Shown piece after piece: positions 10,872 through 23,855 of a stretch of DNA of 24,589 bases. How positions within the stretch are numbered: position 1 is the stretch's first letter; every line of letters begins with the position of its first letter. A model generated the notes under the pieces. That model ran no database searches, was not told the origin of the DNA, and saw only the letters and a program-made list of their open reading frames with translations. Origin of the DNA: Trichinella spiralis (Eukaryota); assembly GCF_000181795.1 (NCBI RefSeq), contig NW_003526941.1, positions 2,323,376 to 2,347,964 of the forward strand, in the 5' to 3' direction. The position numbers and the translations under genes were made by a program.

Positions 10872-13628
10872 ATGATTTATAAATTAATGAAATTTTATAC
10901 ATCTGGCTCAGAATGACAAATGTTGACGTATTCAAAATCAAATGTATGAACTTGAAATTGTACTTGAGTTTTCTCAAAAATTCTGTAATTCCAGATAATA
11001 CTGTAACTGCGTGCAGGTGGTGAAGAAATGGCGAAGAATTAATGAAGCTGTTTAAAGTAATACAAATTCCATTTTACCATCGTTTTCATAAACGTAAAAT
11101 GCTACATGAAAAGTTAAAATACAGGTGGTACATTCTAAGTTTTTGAATTAATCAATATTATGCTTAATATGTAATATTCATTGTTAAGAAGAACTTGCAT
11201 TTAAAAAGTTAGAATGTTTTTAGGCCATGACAGATTTAATATCTGTCAGTTATTATTGAATTTTGTAATTTCACTGTGAAAATATAATTTTGCAACTGTT
11301 GATAGATTTTGTTTTATGAAGTTTCATGTAGTTAATTCAGTGATGCTATTATGCTCCAAAACATGAATAGATTTTAATTTGGGCATATGGTTGTGTGTGA
11401 TCTTGAAATGGTAAATGTAAAGGTGCCTCATTTTTTACATTGCTTTAATTGTTTATCTTTTTAGAGTTTTCTTTGATTTAGATGAAAATGTTGATTACAT
11501 TTCCAAAATAACTGCACATTAACCTGAATTTAGATATTACCTAAAGTTTGTAATAAAGTAACAGTAAAATGAAAGATAATGTTTATTTGCAAAGTTTGAT
11601 TTCAGCTTTGTTAATACGTGAAATAGAAAGTTTTTTATGGTATTGTTTTTTTGCACTGTTTTCATTTTTATTTAAGTTTTTTATGTTTTACGTTTTCAAC
11701 TTACTTATTCAAGTGTTGATAGTTCATTGAGGAATGCAAAACAAACATGTATTTAATGGTATTGCAATTTAGATATCTCTGTTTATATAAGTGTCTGGAT
11801 TTGTATTTTGTGGCAGCTGTCAACGGATGTGTTTGCACTGCTCTGAGTGAAATTCAGTTCAGACATAGCGTTTTCATTTCTAATGCTATTTGTTGCGCAG
11901 ATTGACAATGCAATGAACGTCTAATTTGTAATAATAAACCAGTAGCTCAATTTCATAACGCCAACGTTGAGACTGCTAGTTGAGCTTGGAGTATTTAAAA
12001 TTTGATTTAAATTTAAATTTACAACCTAATGTTTGACGTAATTGGTTCTACTGAAACTCATTTTGAAATTCTGAACAGTAATTGCGCATTTATTAATTTT
12101 TCAAATATTTATTGGGCATTGTTAGAAAAAAGATTTTCACAATTAAGCTTTAGCTTTTTGTCGTAATAAATGTTATTCTATGTTAATCGAATATTCGTGA
12201 TTCATGTTTTATCAGACGTAAAGCATCGTACAAGCATTTTCATTGTTGCTTTATTCACTGTACTTGATTATTATTTGAAAGTTAAGTAAAAAAATTTTGA
12301 ATATACAAGTTTTTAAATCATAAGAAATAATTTTCACTTGCAATATAAGAAGTATACGGTAAATGTACGTGAAAATGTGTGCAGAAATTCCACTTTTCTT
12401 CTAATTGTTGACAAAAGGAATTATTTTATTTTCGACAAACATTTTTTTATTTCATACTTAAACATTTCTGACATTTTCTTCTCCAAATGCAGATCTTATC
12501 ATAAAGTAAAGTGGGACTTTTGAGAAAATAGTAGTTGAATGTACAATTTTTCTCTCGTGACAATTCCACGAGCAAAACTGATAGTTGGTTTGATTTGTGA
12601 AATTATTTGCTTGAATTTTAATGAACAAGATTTGCTGAGAATGAAAATGTTGAAATCAGCTGGAAAATGTATTTGCCTGTCGATCTTGGTCGATGCCGAA
12701 TTGTCTGTCACCCGCAACAACAATTGATGAACGTGTTTTCATTTTTCCAGTTATGAAAATTTGTGGTCAAATAAAGCGTGAAAGATTTATGATTCCGGTG
12801 CGGAATTTGGAATTTTCGGTTTGATCGCTACGATCTGTTTAGCTTCTGGCCATGTCCCGATAAAATTATTTCGCATTGATCAACTACTTCACTGGTAGGG
12901 TTTCATTTGCTTGATTTTACGCAAATTTTTGCACAAACCCCTTGCTTATGCTTATTGTACATATATGTATAAAATGCGTTTGCGCTTGTCCATCGATTAT
13001 GAATTTAGTCTATAGCTGCTTGTAATGATGTTGATTTTTCCATAAATGACATCGTTTCTATTATTATTATTATTATTATTAGTGTGTTGCAAAGTTGAAA
13101 AGCGTGGGTGCAATTATTATTTACCACAAATTCCTGAGATTGCGTTCTTGAATACCGGTTTGTTGCACGCCAGTGCTTGGTTACCTTTCGGCTATCCCGG
13201 TTTTTCTTATTTATTATACATCAACTTATTCATCCAGTGCGCTTGTCGGTTGTATCATTATTCACTGGACACTTTTCTTGTACACTTTTTTCTATTCGTT
13301 TTCGTAAACGGTAAGTTTTTTAATTATTATTTTTACTTTCAGAGATGATCAACACACATTTTACTATTACATTTACAGTTAAATTACAGTAGGAAACAGT
13401 TGTTTTCACAACTTTTGAGTCTGTTGTGTAAAAGCTTCAAATTCACTAGAATTAACGAATTGACAACAAGTTGTTTTTTTCTTTATTATTTTGTGTTAAT
13501 TATTACTGCGAAGATAATTTTTTTACAAATATCATTTGTGACCGTGATCGGTTTGAATGTCACAAAAGAATGCTACTGACAAGGAGGTTTGTTGAATAGA
13601 AGTGCCACGTCATCAAGATATTCGACCT

Positions 13629-13630
<2 letters not shown>

Positions 13631-13666
<36 letters not shown>
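13631..13666. repeat. (AAT)12 microsatellite, followed shortly by a (GGY)n/GGC tract at about 13688-13711
   Basis: Direct reading; it explains the poly-Ile and poly-Ala in the spurious ORFs 13602-13919 and 13613-13831. Confidence 0.9.
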
Positions 13667-13668
<2 letters not shown>

Positions 13669-14091
13669 TAATAGTAATGACAGGCCTGGCGGTGGTGGCG
13701 GCGGCGGCGGCGCGTTCGTTGCGCAAATATGCTAAGCACGCAAGTTCTTGCTTTATACAGTGCTGTGTTGTATTTGTTGTACGTCGAAGCGACGTGGCGG
13801 CCGGGGCGTGTGTCTTCTTCACTTTGCCCACGTCACTGAGACGTCAAGGTGGAATTTTCCGTTGTCCAAAAATAAGTAAAAAGGTAAATGGAATGAATGT
13901 TAAAGAAAATTTTTTATAATAAAATAAATGAAAATAACAATAAATACAACAGTGCAGAAGCGAGTGTGCACACAAAGGGTGGCGTGTCGTCAGCGGTGTG
14001 TGTGCGTGTGCAATGTATGCTGTGACGATCACGCTTGCCAAGCAGATCGTCTCTGTTTGCCCATTTGGTGATTTCAACGTTCAGTTCAGTT

Positions 14092-14131
14092 TATAAAGCG
14101 AAAACGTTAAGCAGTCGGCAAGCCAGTCAGT
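14092..14131 (+). promoter_or_regulatory. Candidate core promoter: TATAAA (14092-14097) plus Inr-like CCAGT/TCAGT (14123-14131)
   Basis: TATA box in a comparatively GC-rich context with an initiator-like motif about 31-35 nt downstream, about 0.9 kb upstream of the hairpin on the same strand. Motif match only. Confidence 0.4.
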
Positions 14132-14861
14132 ATAAGTCTGCTTGAGCAGAGTCGCTTCCAACCGGACCGACCGACGGTATTCATCTCATTCACTTTGGTA
14201 TTCTTCATCATTATTGCAGCTCTGAGATCGTTTGCATTCTTCCATACTTGCTTGCTGGTTGTTTTTGATGATGTGTAGGCAGCGATGATCGCTTGTCGTT
14301 ATGTCAGATGGTTGATAAATTTGTTGCCGCTTCAACTGCCTAGGGCAAGCAAACGATCCGTGAAAAGATTGATCCAACCGTTTCGACAGTACCCATTGCA
14401 AGAAATGTTGAAGGTCGTTTTGTTGCTGTTGCTGCTGGGGTTGTCGCAATAGTAGTGGGTTTTCAAGGAAAATCCAAAAGGAAAAAACAACAATACCCTT
14501 CTGTTTTCGAAATTCTAAGCTTTTATCCATTGTTTAATGTTAGTTTTTGTTTTTTGAAAACTGTTTTTATTTTTTAATTGGATCGAATTTTTCAAAATTT
14601 ACAGATCGCCGTAGCCGGAGAGGAAGAGCACGGCATTTTTACAGCAACAAGCAAGTAGCGGCGGCGCTCGTCAGTGTTTCTCGCTTGCTCGCTCGTCGGT
14701 GATTGGCCGATTCGATTGATGTCGCTGCGATCGCCGGCGAACACTGCTAACGCTGTCGACGCGTCGGCATTTTTCGCGCGGCCGGCGTTGCGCGCGCACG
14801 CGCGCGCGCCTCCTGCTTCTGTGAACTCTCTCTCCGGCCTGGGTTGTTTCTTAGCGTTGTC

Positions 14862-14890
14862 GAATGAATGGAATGAATGAATGAATGAAT
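14862..14890. repeat. (GAAT)n tetranucleotide repeat
   Basis: GAATGAATG-GAATGAATGAATGAATGAAT read directly. Confidence 0.8.
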
Positions 14891-15011
14891 GATTGAACGA
14901 ACGTGAGTATGTACGTACGTACGGGTGTGAATGAATGCGAAGTTCGAACGAATGATCGCCTCACTACGTTCAAGCGACAACAACCGCTCTCTCAGCTTCA
15001 TTCATACTATC

Positions 15012-15093
15012 AAGGCCCGGAACAGGTTTTCACCCTGATCTAACAGTGTGTTCGATTCGTGTGAGATCACCGTGAAAGCCTTTTCCGTGCTTT
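15012..15093 (+). ncRNA. bantam: bantam / miR-58-80-81-82 family pre-miRNA; mature 3p about 15062-15083 UGAGAUCACCGUGAAAGCCUUU, star 5p about 15024-15045 AGGUUUUCACCCUGAUCUAACA
   Basis: Seed GAGAUC and body closely match miR-81/82 (UGAGAUCAUCGUGAAAGC..). 15018-15045 pairs with 15060-15087 without bulges (4 mismatches, 1 G-U), with a 14-nt loop, an additional lower stem 15012-15016/15089-15093, and 2-nt 3' overhang geometry. Confidence 0.93.
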
Positions 15094-16892
15094 CCGTTCA
15101 GCTTCGTCAGCCGCCGCACTTGCAGCCTCCCCCCCTTGATCGGTAAGTAACATATTGTAAATTAGTTTCGGCCTTTCGAGCACCGGCAGCGCACGGATCA
15201 CTGCTGATTAACCAAACAAAAAGCAACCCTAACAGAAAACAATTCCCAACATGGGAAACCAATTTCCCCAACCGACTGCAGCGAAAATTGACGCCAGCCA
15301 ACCGCTTAGCTACAGCAAAGCTCGTCAGATCTTCTGCGTCCAGAGTCGGCGCCTCGCGTCCAGATCTCCACCGCCGTTTCGGCGACCACCCGCGACTGTG
15401 CACGCACAACGCCAGCTTATTTTTCCCTTATTGTTGGCCACGGTCGGCACTGTTGTCACTGGTACCGTCGTTCACAATTCCAAATTGACAAGTCGTTGTT
15501 GTTTGAAAACGAAAAGTTACATTTTATCCCGATTCAAAGTTTCCCAACATGTAGCGGTGAAATGATTTTCAAGAATTAATTTTTACACATCACGCGCGAA
15601 TTGTACTGTATCTTTTGGGCATAATCGTCTTCTGTCTCTTTATGCAAACTTGGCCAATATTTTTGTTCGTTTGTTTTTATTTTATTTTATTTTTTTTGCT
15701 TTTTAATAATAATGCGGAGTATTGTTGCTCTTTGTTTTTAGTATTTCATTTCAAAAATTTCACACTCTTGTTGCCAACGTGTATCCATCTGGCGGTGTTG
15801 CTATTTCAACGGCGCATCGTTCAGTTCTTATCGCCATCGTACAGTGACCCACTGTACACAATTGTAAAATTGCATTTCTGAATTGTCCATCTCACACTTG
15901 ATCATGTGAAAATTGAATTATTTGAACAATATTTCTACCCACTTTTGCTCGAATATTAAAGTAAATATTCGACGAACAATTGTTTGCGAAACGTGACTGA
16001 CAACATGATATTTATTAAATCATTTGTTGGTTTGTTTTTCCTTTAAAACAGATGTGAAATTTGACAAAAATTATGCTTCATTAGAAACTGCTCAATTTTA
16101 AAGTTACAGTAATCATATTGATCTTGAATATTACAATCAACATTTGTACCGTAGTAGGATATTTTTGTCCGAAAAAGCTATCCGACGACATTCAGAGCAT
16201 GTAAGTAATACAAATATTTTTAAACTTTATCAAATTATAAAATAATTGAATAAGTGCATGCAAAGCGAACAATTATACATATATGACCATCTTTTTTACA
16301 TTGACTGAACGGTATGCGTGATTTTGTTTGTAAGTGTTAAATTAGCATTATTATTTATTCTTATCTGCTTTATACGCGCTTTGTATCTGCTTGTTTACTT
16401 TGTTTAAGCGAAATCTGAAATGCGTGAGGGCCGTCAAATTTACATGTTTTGCTATCATTTCAATAAATGCGTGAAATTTGTTCATTCTTCTGCTGGGTGT
16501 GAATTCTGGTAGCATATAATCAAATAAAAATGAACTTCACTGACTATTTTCCATTTGAATTTGACGATCATTATGATACTTCCTGTAAATGATCTGCATT
16601 ATATTCTGATTCAACAAAGCATGTAAATTTATGCGCCGATTTTCAGATGAAAGATAAATTGCAAATCTTAATTACATCTGCTTAGCTTATCCCCATATCG
16701 GACTTCTAACCTCGCCTACTTTCTGTTATTGTTGTTATTATTATTATTACTTTTACTTACAAAATCTTCAAATACTGTTTACTGAAGCGCAAATAAACAT
16801 ATTCTGCAAGCGAGCAAGCAAACAATTTCAGCAACTATTTATTGAAGATATACAAAGATTAATTATAGCACTGGTTGTTCAAACTAGTGTTT

Positions 16893-19596
<2,704 letters not shown>

Positions 19597-20233
19597 TCTA
19601 CTATTGACAGCATAGAAAATCAGCCTGATACAGTATGCAGTGCTTTGTGATATTCAGGTTTGAATGCTCTTTAGAAGTTTTACATTTGTAAAAAAAGGGT
19701 TCATGTAAACAAGTTGAAATTATAGAATTATATGATTTTTATTGGAAGTAGCCTTATTTAATTTATTTTAGTTGAGCTTGCTGTGAAATTGCCATGTACT
19801 TAATAATCTTATATACACACAATACAGTATGCCATTCTCCAAACCTCGCGAATTTATTAATTTCTAGCTACTGAACAAGCAGTGGTTTCGTTTGTATTTA
19901 ATGCTTTTTGTTTTTCGTTGAGTATCAGTTTTCACTTTGTATAGTTTAAATGTAATTTCAGTTTAAATAAAAGTACTTTTTATTTGTTATTTTTTTGTTT
20001 CTGTTGAGTAAAGCTATTGCTTCTGAAATATTATATTTGGTGTATTTTTCTCATGGATTATGGAAAAACTGAATTGCATGCATTTTTCGGTATGATTAAC
20101 TGAATTTAACTGAATAATTTATTTCGCAGAATACAATGTTTTAATGTACTGATTGCGCATATAGTATCTTCAAATGATTATTGAAAATTAATTTGTCACA
20201 CTTATCGTTTAGAGTGATCATCAAACTTTAATC

Positions 20234-20869
20234 ATGAAATTTGACGGCTTTCGTCATCCACGGGAGCAAGTTGCGCCGATAACTTTGGCTGGCACATTCA
20301 GGAACCAACCATTGCGGCTTCTTTTTTACCGAAATCCATTTCTCGGACTGTTTTTTACCATTGGCTTTATTCTTCTTCCATATGTTGGACATCAGTTAGA
20401 TAAAAAGGGCAAGTTCATTTTATCAGTGTTGACTCTACACTTCGAAAAATAGCTTTCAATATAATGTAACCGCGTTTATTTATAATAACAGTTTGTAGGT
20501 AATGAAAATTCTTTAAAATATTGGTTTGCAGATGTTAAAAGACATTTGAGATGAAAGCTGTCTTGTGAATCGACTGTTGATCAAAATTTTGAATTTATAG
20601 GTTTTGCAGCCGCAAGAAAGGATTTGATGCGCCAGCTGGGTAAGTTGGATGAGTCTGTAATGAAATGCATACATTTCTGCAATAAATGTCAAAGTTTAAA
20701 GTTTCTGTATTGTGTACTTTACTTATTTATATTTATATTTATATTTGTATGTTTCAATTCTGCAGATGAAAGAAAACGAAGCCATAGCAATGGTGAAGTT
20801 CAGTTCGAACGCGATTATCATTATCTAAAGCATCATTTGTTTCACAGTTGGGAGAAGAACAACCACTAG
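20234..20869 (+). CDS. Small (~105 aa) single-pass membrane protein of unknown function (exons 20234-20408, 20601-20639, 20766-20869)
   Basis: Spliced product MKFDGFRHPREQVAPITLAGTFRNQPLRLLFYRNPFLGLFFTIGFILLPYVGHQLDKKGFAAARKDLMRQLDERKRSHSNGEVQFERDYHYLKHHLFHSWEKNNH. Phase-1 donors G|GCAAGT (20409) and G|GTAAGT (20640) match acceptors TTATAG (20600) and CTGCAG (20765). One hydrophobic segment; head-to-head with KRI1. Confidence 0.65.
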
Positions 20870-21134
20870 TGATGATTTTCTACACTGGGAAAGATAATTG
20901 AACAAATTTTTTAAATTTCAATACACAGGACGTGATGCATCTAAAACTGAAATAAATTTTCACTAATCTTTATCTCTGATTTTACTTTAATGAAAAAGTT
21001 GCTGAAAGTGCATTGTAGCAAATTTGTTATGTATGGAGTAAATAAATGTAGGATTATATATATGGTGAAATTGAAAATGATGAGTTTGGATGTGTATTTT
21101 ATTATCAAGCAGTTATTATTCAGTGAAATAGCTT

Positions 21135-21400
21135 GGAGACAGTACGGCAGATGGGAATGAACACGTCGACCTAGTGGTTTTAGCATACAGAATAAGCGTC
21201 TTCCATTTTATCGGAGTAACACCAAGCTTGGCAGTCTGCTGGGCACAGATACGTATGCCAGTAGACGTGATATATGGAATTCCCTAGTCTGCAGCAGCAA
21301 AACACATGGTATGGAACAATTACGTTTGGCACTTTCAGGAGAGCGCTGGAAAGATTATTTGCAGAAGTTTGCAAAATCACAAATGCCAGAAGAGTTGACG
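21135..21400 (+). mobile_element. Degenerate Ty3/gypsy LTR-retrotransposon integrase C-terminal fragment
   Basis: Frame 21135-21287 reads NEHVDLVVLAYRISVFHFIGVTPSLAVCWAQIRMPVDVIYGIP*, matching the gypsy integrase pattern WDxxLxxVLxAYRxSVHxxTGxTPxxxxFGRxxRxPVDxxYG. It continues after a frameshift as FRRALERLFAEV. Stop codon and frameshifts indicate decay. Confidence 0.72.
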
Positions 21401-21544
21401 AAACAGCAATACCAGCGAATACGGCTATGCAGGAAAACAACAGGTTTGCATACAACTATGGTGAAGGAAGAAGAAAATGATCGGTCGTTACTGACAAGCA
21501 CCTTCTAGATTCACGGGCATTGTATGACTGGCATATGTTTAATT

Positions 21545-22292
21545 TCATGAAAAAACAATAGGATCATTGAATTCCATATTGCTCATGATCTTAATTATTC
21601 ATTGAGCATCTCAATGTTACCAAGATGTCTCAATGTTGCTCTTTCATGCGGTTTTAGCTTAGTTCGTCATAATGAAAAGACGCTTACACAAATGAACTTC
21701 AAATGTGGCTTAACGTCAAAATAATTAAATTCTAAGGGTGAAAATAAAATAAACTAACATTTTGTGAAAAAGTAATGCACATATGCATGGTATTTATTCA
21801 AATCTTTCGACACATTTGCATATAATTTATGCAAAACAAAATGCATGCCAATGGGGAAGTGCAATACGAAAGGAAATTAATGAATTCGGTCTTCATATAT
21901 GGAAACAATATTGTACAATTACTAATTACACGTAATATGAATCATTCTCAATTGATTATTTAATAAGATATTTAATAGAATTGATTGTTTGCAAACGTAT
22001 CATTGATTGAGAATAATAATGCCATATTGGATGAAAAGTATAATTCACTCTGTTCATTTTAACTAATTCTTATATATCTATAGCGTTTGCAATCAATCAA
22101 ATCGAGTAAATATTTATGATTCAAACATTTGATACCACAAAAATGAATTTCAGGTACAAATGATATTACGATCACGAACATTGCTTGGAGTATATAAGTC
22201 GTAATTTTTGTATAAATATTCATAAAATGGAAATATATTCCATATTATCAAGAGCGCGTGTTTATTTTCGTTTCCACTGGCTCCTACTAAAA
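21545..22292 (+). repeat. Diverged direct duplication, copy A (pairs with 23856-24589)
   Basis: Collinear shared blocks, e.g. TCATGATCTTAATTA, GTTCGTCATAATGAA, GTCAAAATAATTAAATTC, AGGGTGAAAATAAAATAAA, GGGAAGTGCAAT, TCATATATGGAAACA, ACAAAAATGAATTTCAGGTACAAAT, TATTACGATCACGAACATT, CTGGCTCCTA. Confidence 0.9.
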
Positions 22293-22497
22293 ATCACATC
22301 ACCACTCATTTTTTTTGCAATATCTCTGCAAATACGCATTTATACAACGTGCGACCAGGTTTGTAGTGATTAATTTATTTTTTCTGATCAATTGAAATCA
22401 TTTTCTCAACACCTTACAATTTTCGACTTTTCAAAAAAGCAAGGCTATAGACTTTGCTGTACTGCGATTTTCGAAGGTATGCTTTTGACACGAAATT

Positions 22498-23467
22498 NNN
22501 NNNNNNNNNNNNNNNNNNNNNNNNNNNNNNNNNNNNNNNNNNNNNNNNNNNNNNNNNNNNNNNNNNNNNNNNNNNNNNNNNNNNNNNNNNNNNNNNNNNN
22601 NNNNNNNNNNNNNNNNNNNNNNNNNNNNNNNNNNNNNNNNNNNNNNNNNNNNNNNNNNNNNNNNNNNNNNNNNNNNNNNNNNNNNNNNNNNNNNNNNNNN
22701 NNNNNNNNNNNNNNNNNNNNNNNNNNNNNNNNNNNNNNNNNNNNNNNNNNNNNNNNNNNNNNNNNNNNNNNNNNNNNNNNNNNNNNNNNNNNNNNNNNNN
22801 NNNNNNNNNNNNNNNNNNNNNNNNNNNNNNNNNNNNNNNNNNNNNNNNNNNNNNNNNNNNNNNNNNNNNNNNNNNNNNNNNNNNNNNNNNNNNNNNNNNN
22901 NNNNNNNNNNNNNNNNNNNNNNNNNNNNNNNNNNNNNNNNNNNNNNNNNNNNNNNNNNNNNNNNNNNNNNNNNNNNNNNNNNNNNNNNNNNNNNNNNNNN
23001 NNNNNNNNNNNNNNNNNNNNNNNNNNNNNNNNNNNNNNNNNNNNNNNNNNNNNNNNNNNNNNNNNNNNNNNNNNNNNNNNNNNNNNNNNNNNNNNNNNNN
23101 NNNNNNNNNNNNNNNNNNNNNNNNNNNNNNNNNNNNNNNNNNNNNNNNNNNNNNNNNNNNNNNNNNNNNNNNNNNNNNNNNNNNNNNNNNNNNNNNNNNN
23201 NNNNNNNNNNNNNNNNNNNNNNNNNNNNNNNNNNNNNNNNNNNNNNNNNNNNNNNNNNNNNNNNNNNNNNNNNNNNNNNNNNNNNNNNNNNNNNNNNNNN
23301 NNNNNNNNNNNNNNNNNNNNNNNNNNNNNNNNNNNNNNNNNNNNNNNNNNNNNNNNNNNNNNNNNNNNNNNNNNNNNNNNNNNNNNNNNNNNNNNNNNNN
23401 NNNNNNNNNNNNNNNNNNNNNNNNNNNNNNNNNNNNNNNNNNNNNNNNNNNNNNNNNNNNNNNNNNN
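22498..23467. other. Assembly gap (970 N)
   Basis: Run of N; ORFs spanning it are artefacts. Confidence 0.99.
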
Positions 23468-23855
23468 CTGTGGTGGATTCGCACTGCCATGTTGCCTATC
23501 TTATAACTTGCAATTGCCGCAATACTGCACCGCCCTTGATTTGGAACACGGGCTGTGGAAATTTTGTATAGAAGACTTTGTTGCCATTATAATGAGGTAT
23601 TCATTCACATTTTGCACTCTTGTTCAATATTTCCTTGTTTTGGGCAACTTGATTTTCCTTCATTTTCGGTCCATTTCGAATAAATTGAAAAAAGTTGTGT
23701 CACTGTGCTTTCGGATGTGCATAAAATCTTCCATTTATTTATTTCTCACTGACCTATCTCATTTGATCGTCCAATACAAAAGAATTTCGCCAGCTATGAC
23801 TGTCAACATTTATTAATACCTGAGAGTCTATAGTATACCTTTGGAACGTCTGTTA

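Larger units (their letters stand above)
13600..15480. promoter_or_regulatory. GC/CpG-enriched noncoding island, probable regulatory region and primary transcript of the bantam-family miRNA
   Basis: Sharp rise in GC and CpG relative to the flanks, no credible protein-coding frame, contains the miRNA hairpin and clustered motif-like elements. Confidence 0.55.

Noticed and set aside
12751..12894. Exon-like segment bounded by TTTTCCAG and G|GTAGGG
   Set aside because: Stops in all three frames and no other evidence; at most a noncoding exon.
13535..13566. Inverted repeat TTTGTGAC...GTCACAAA
   Set aside because: An 8-bp stem is too short for a pre-miRNA and I see no further support for function.
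14223..14244. Second TGAGATC seed match (TGAGATCGTTTGCATTC), a possible miR-58-like paralog
   Set aside because: Only about 6 bp pair with upstream ATCTCA and no extended stem forms, so it is not a credible pre-miRNA.
13046..15881. Multiple 68-114 aa ORFs in the GC-rich island
   Set aside because: Low-complexity or microsatellite-derived, overlapping on both strands, with no recognisable domains; expected by chance at higher GC.
22392..23816. Long ORFs of 350-474 aa
   Set aside because: They consist almost entirely of N-derived X residues across the assembly gap.
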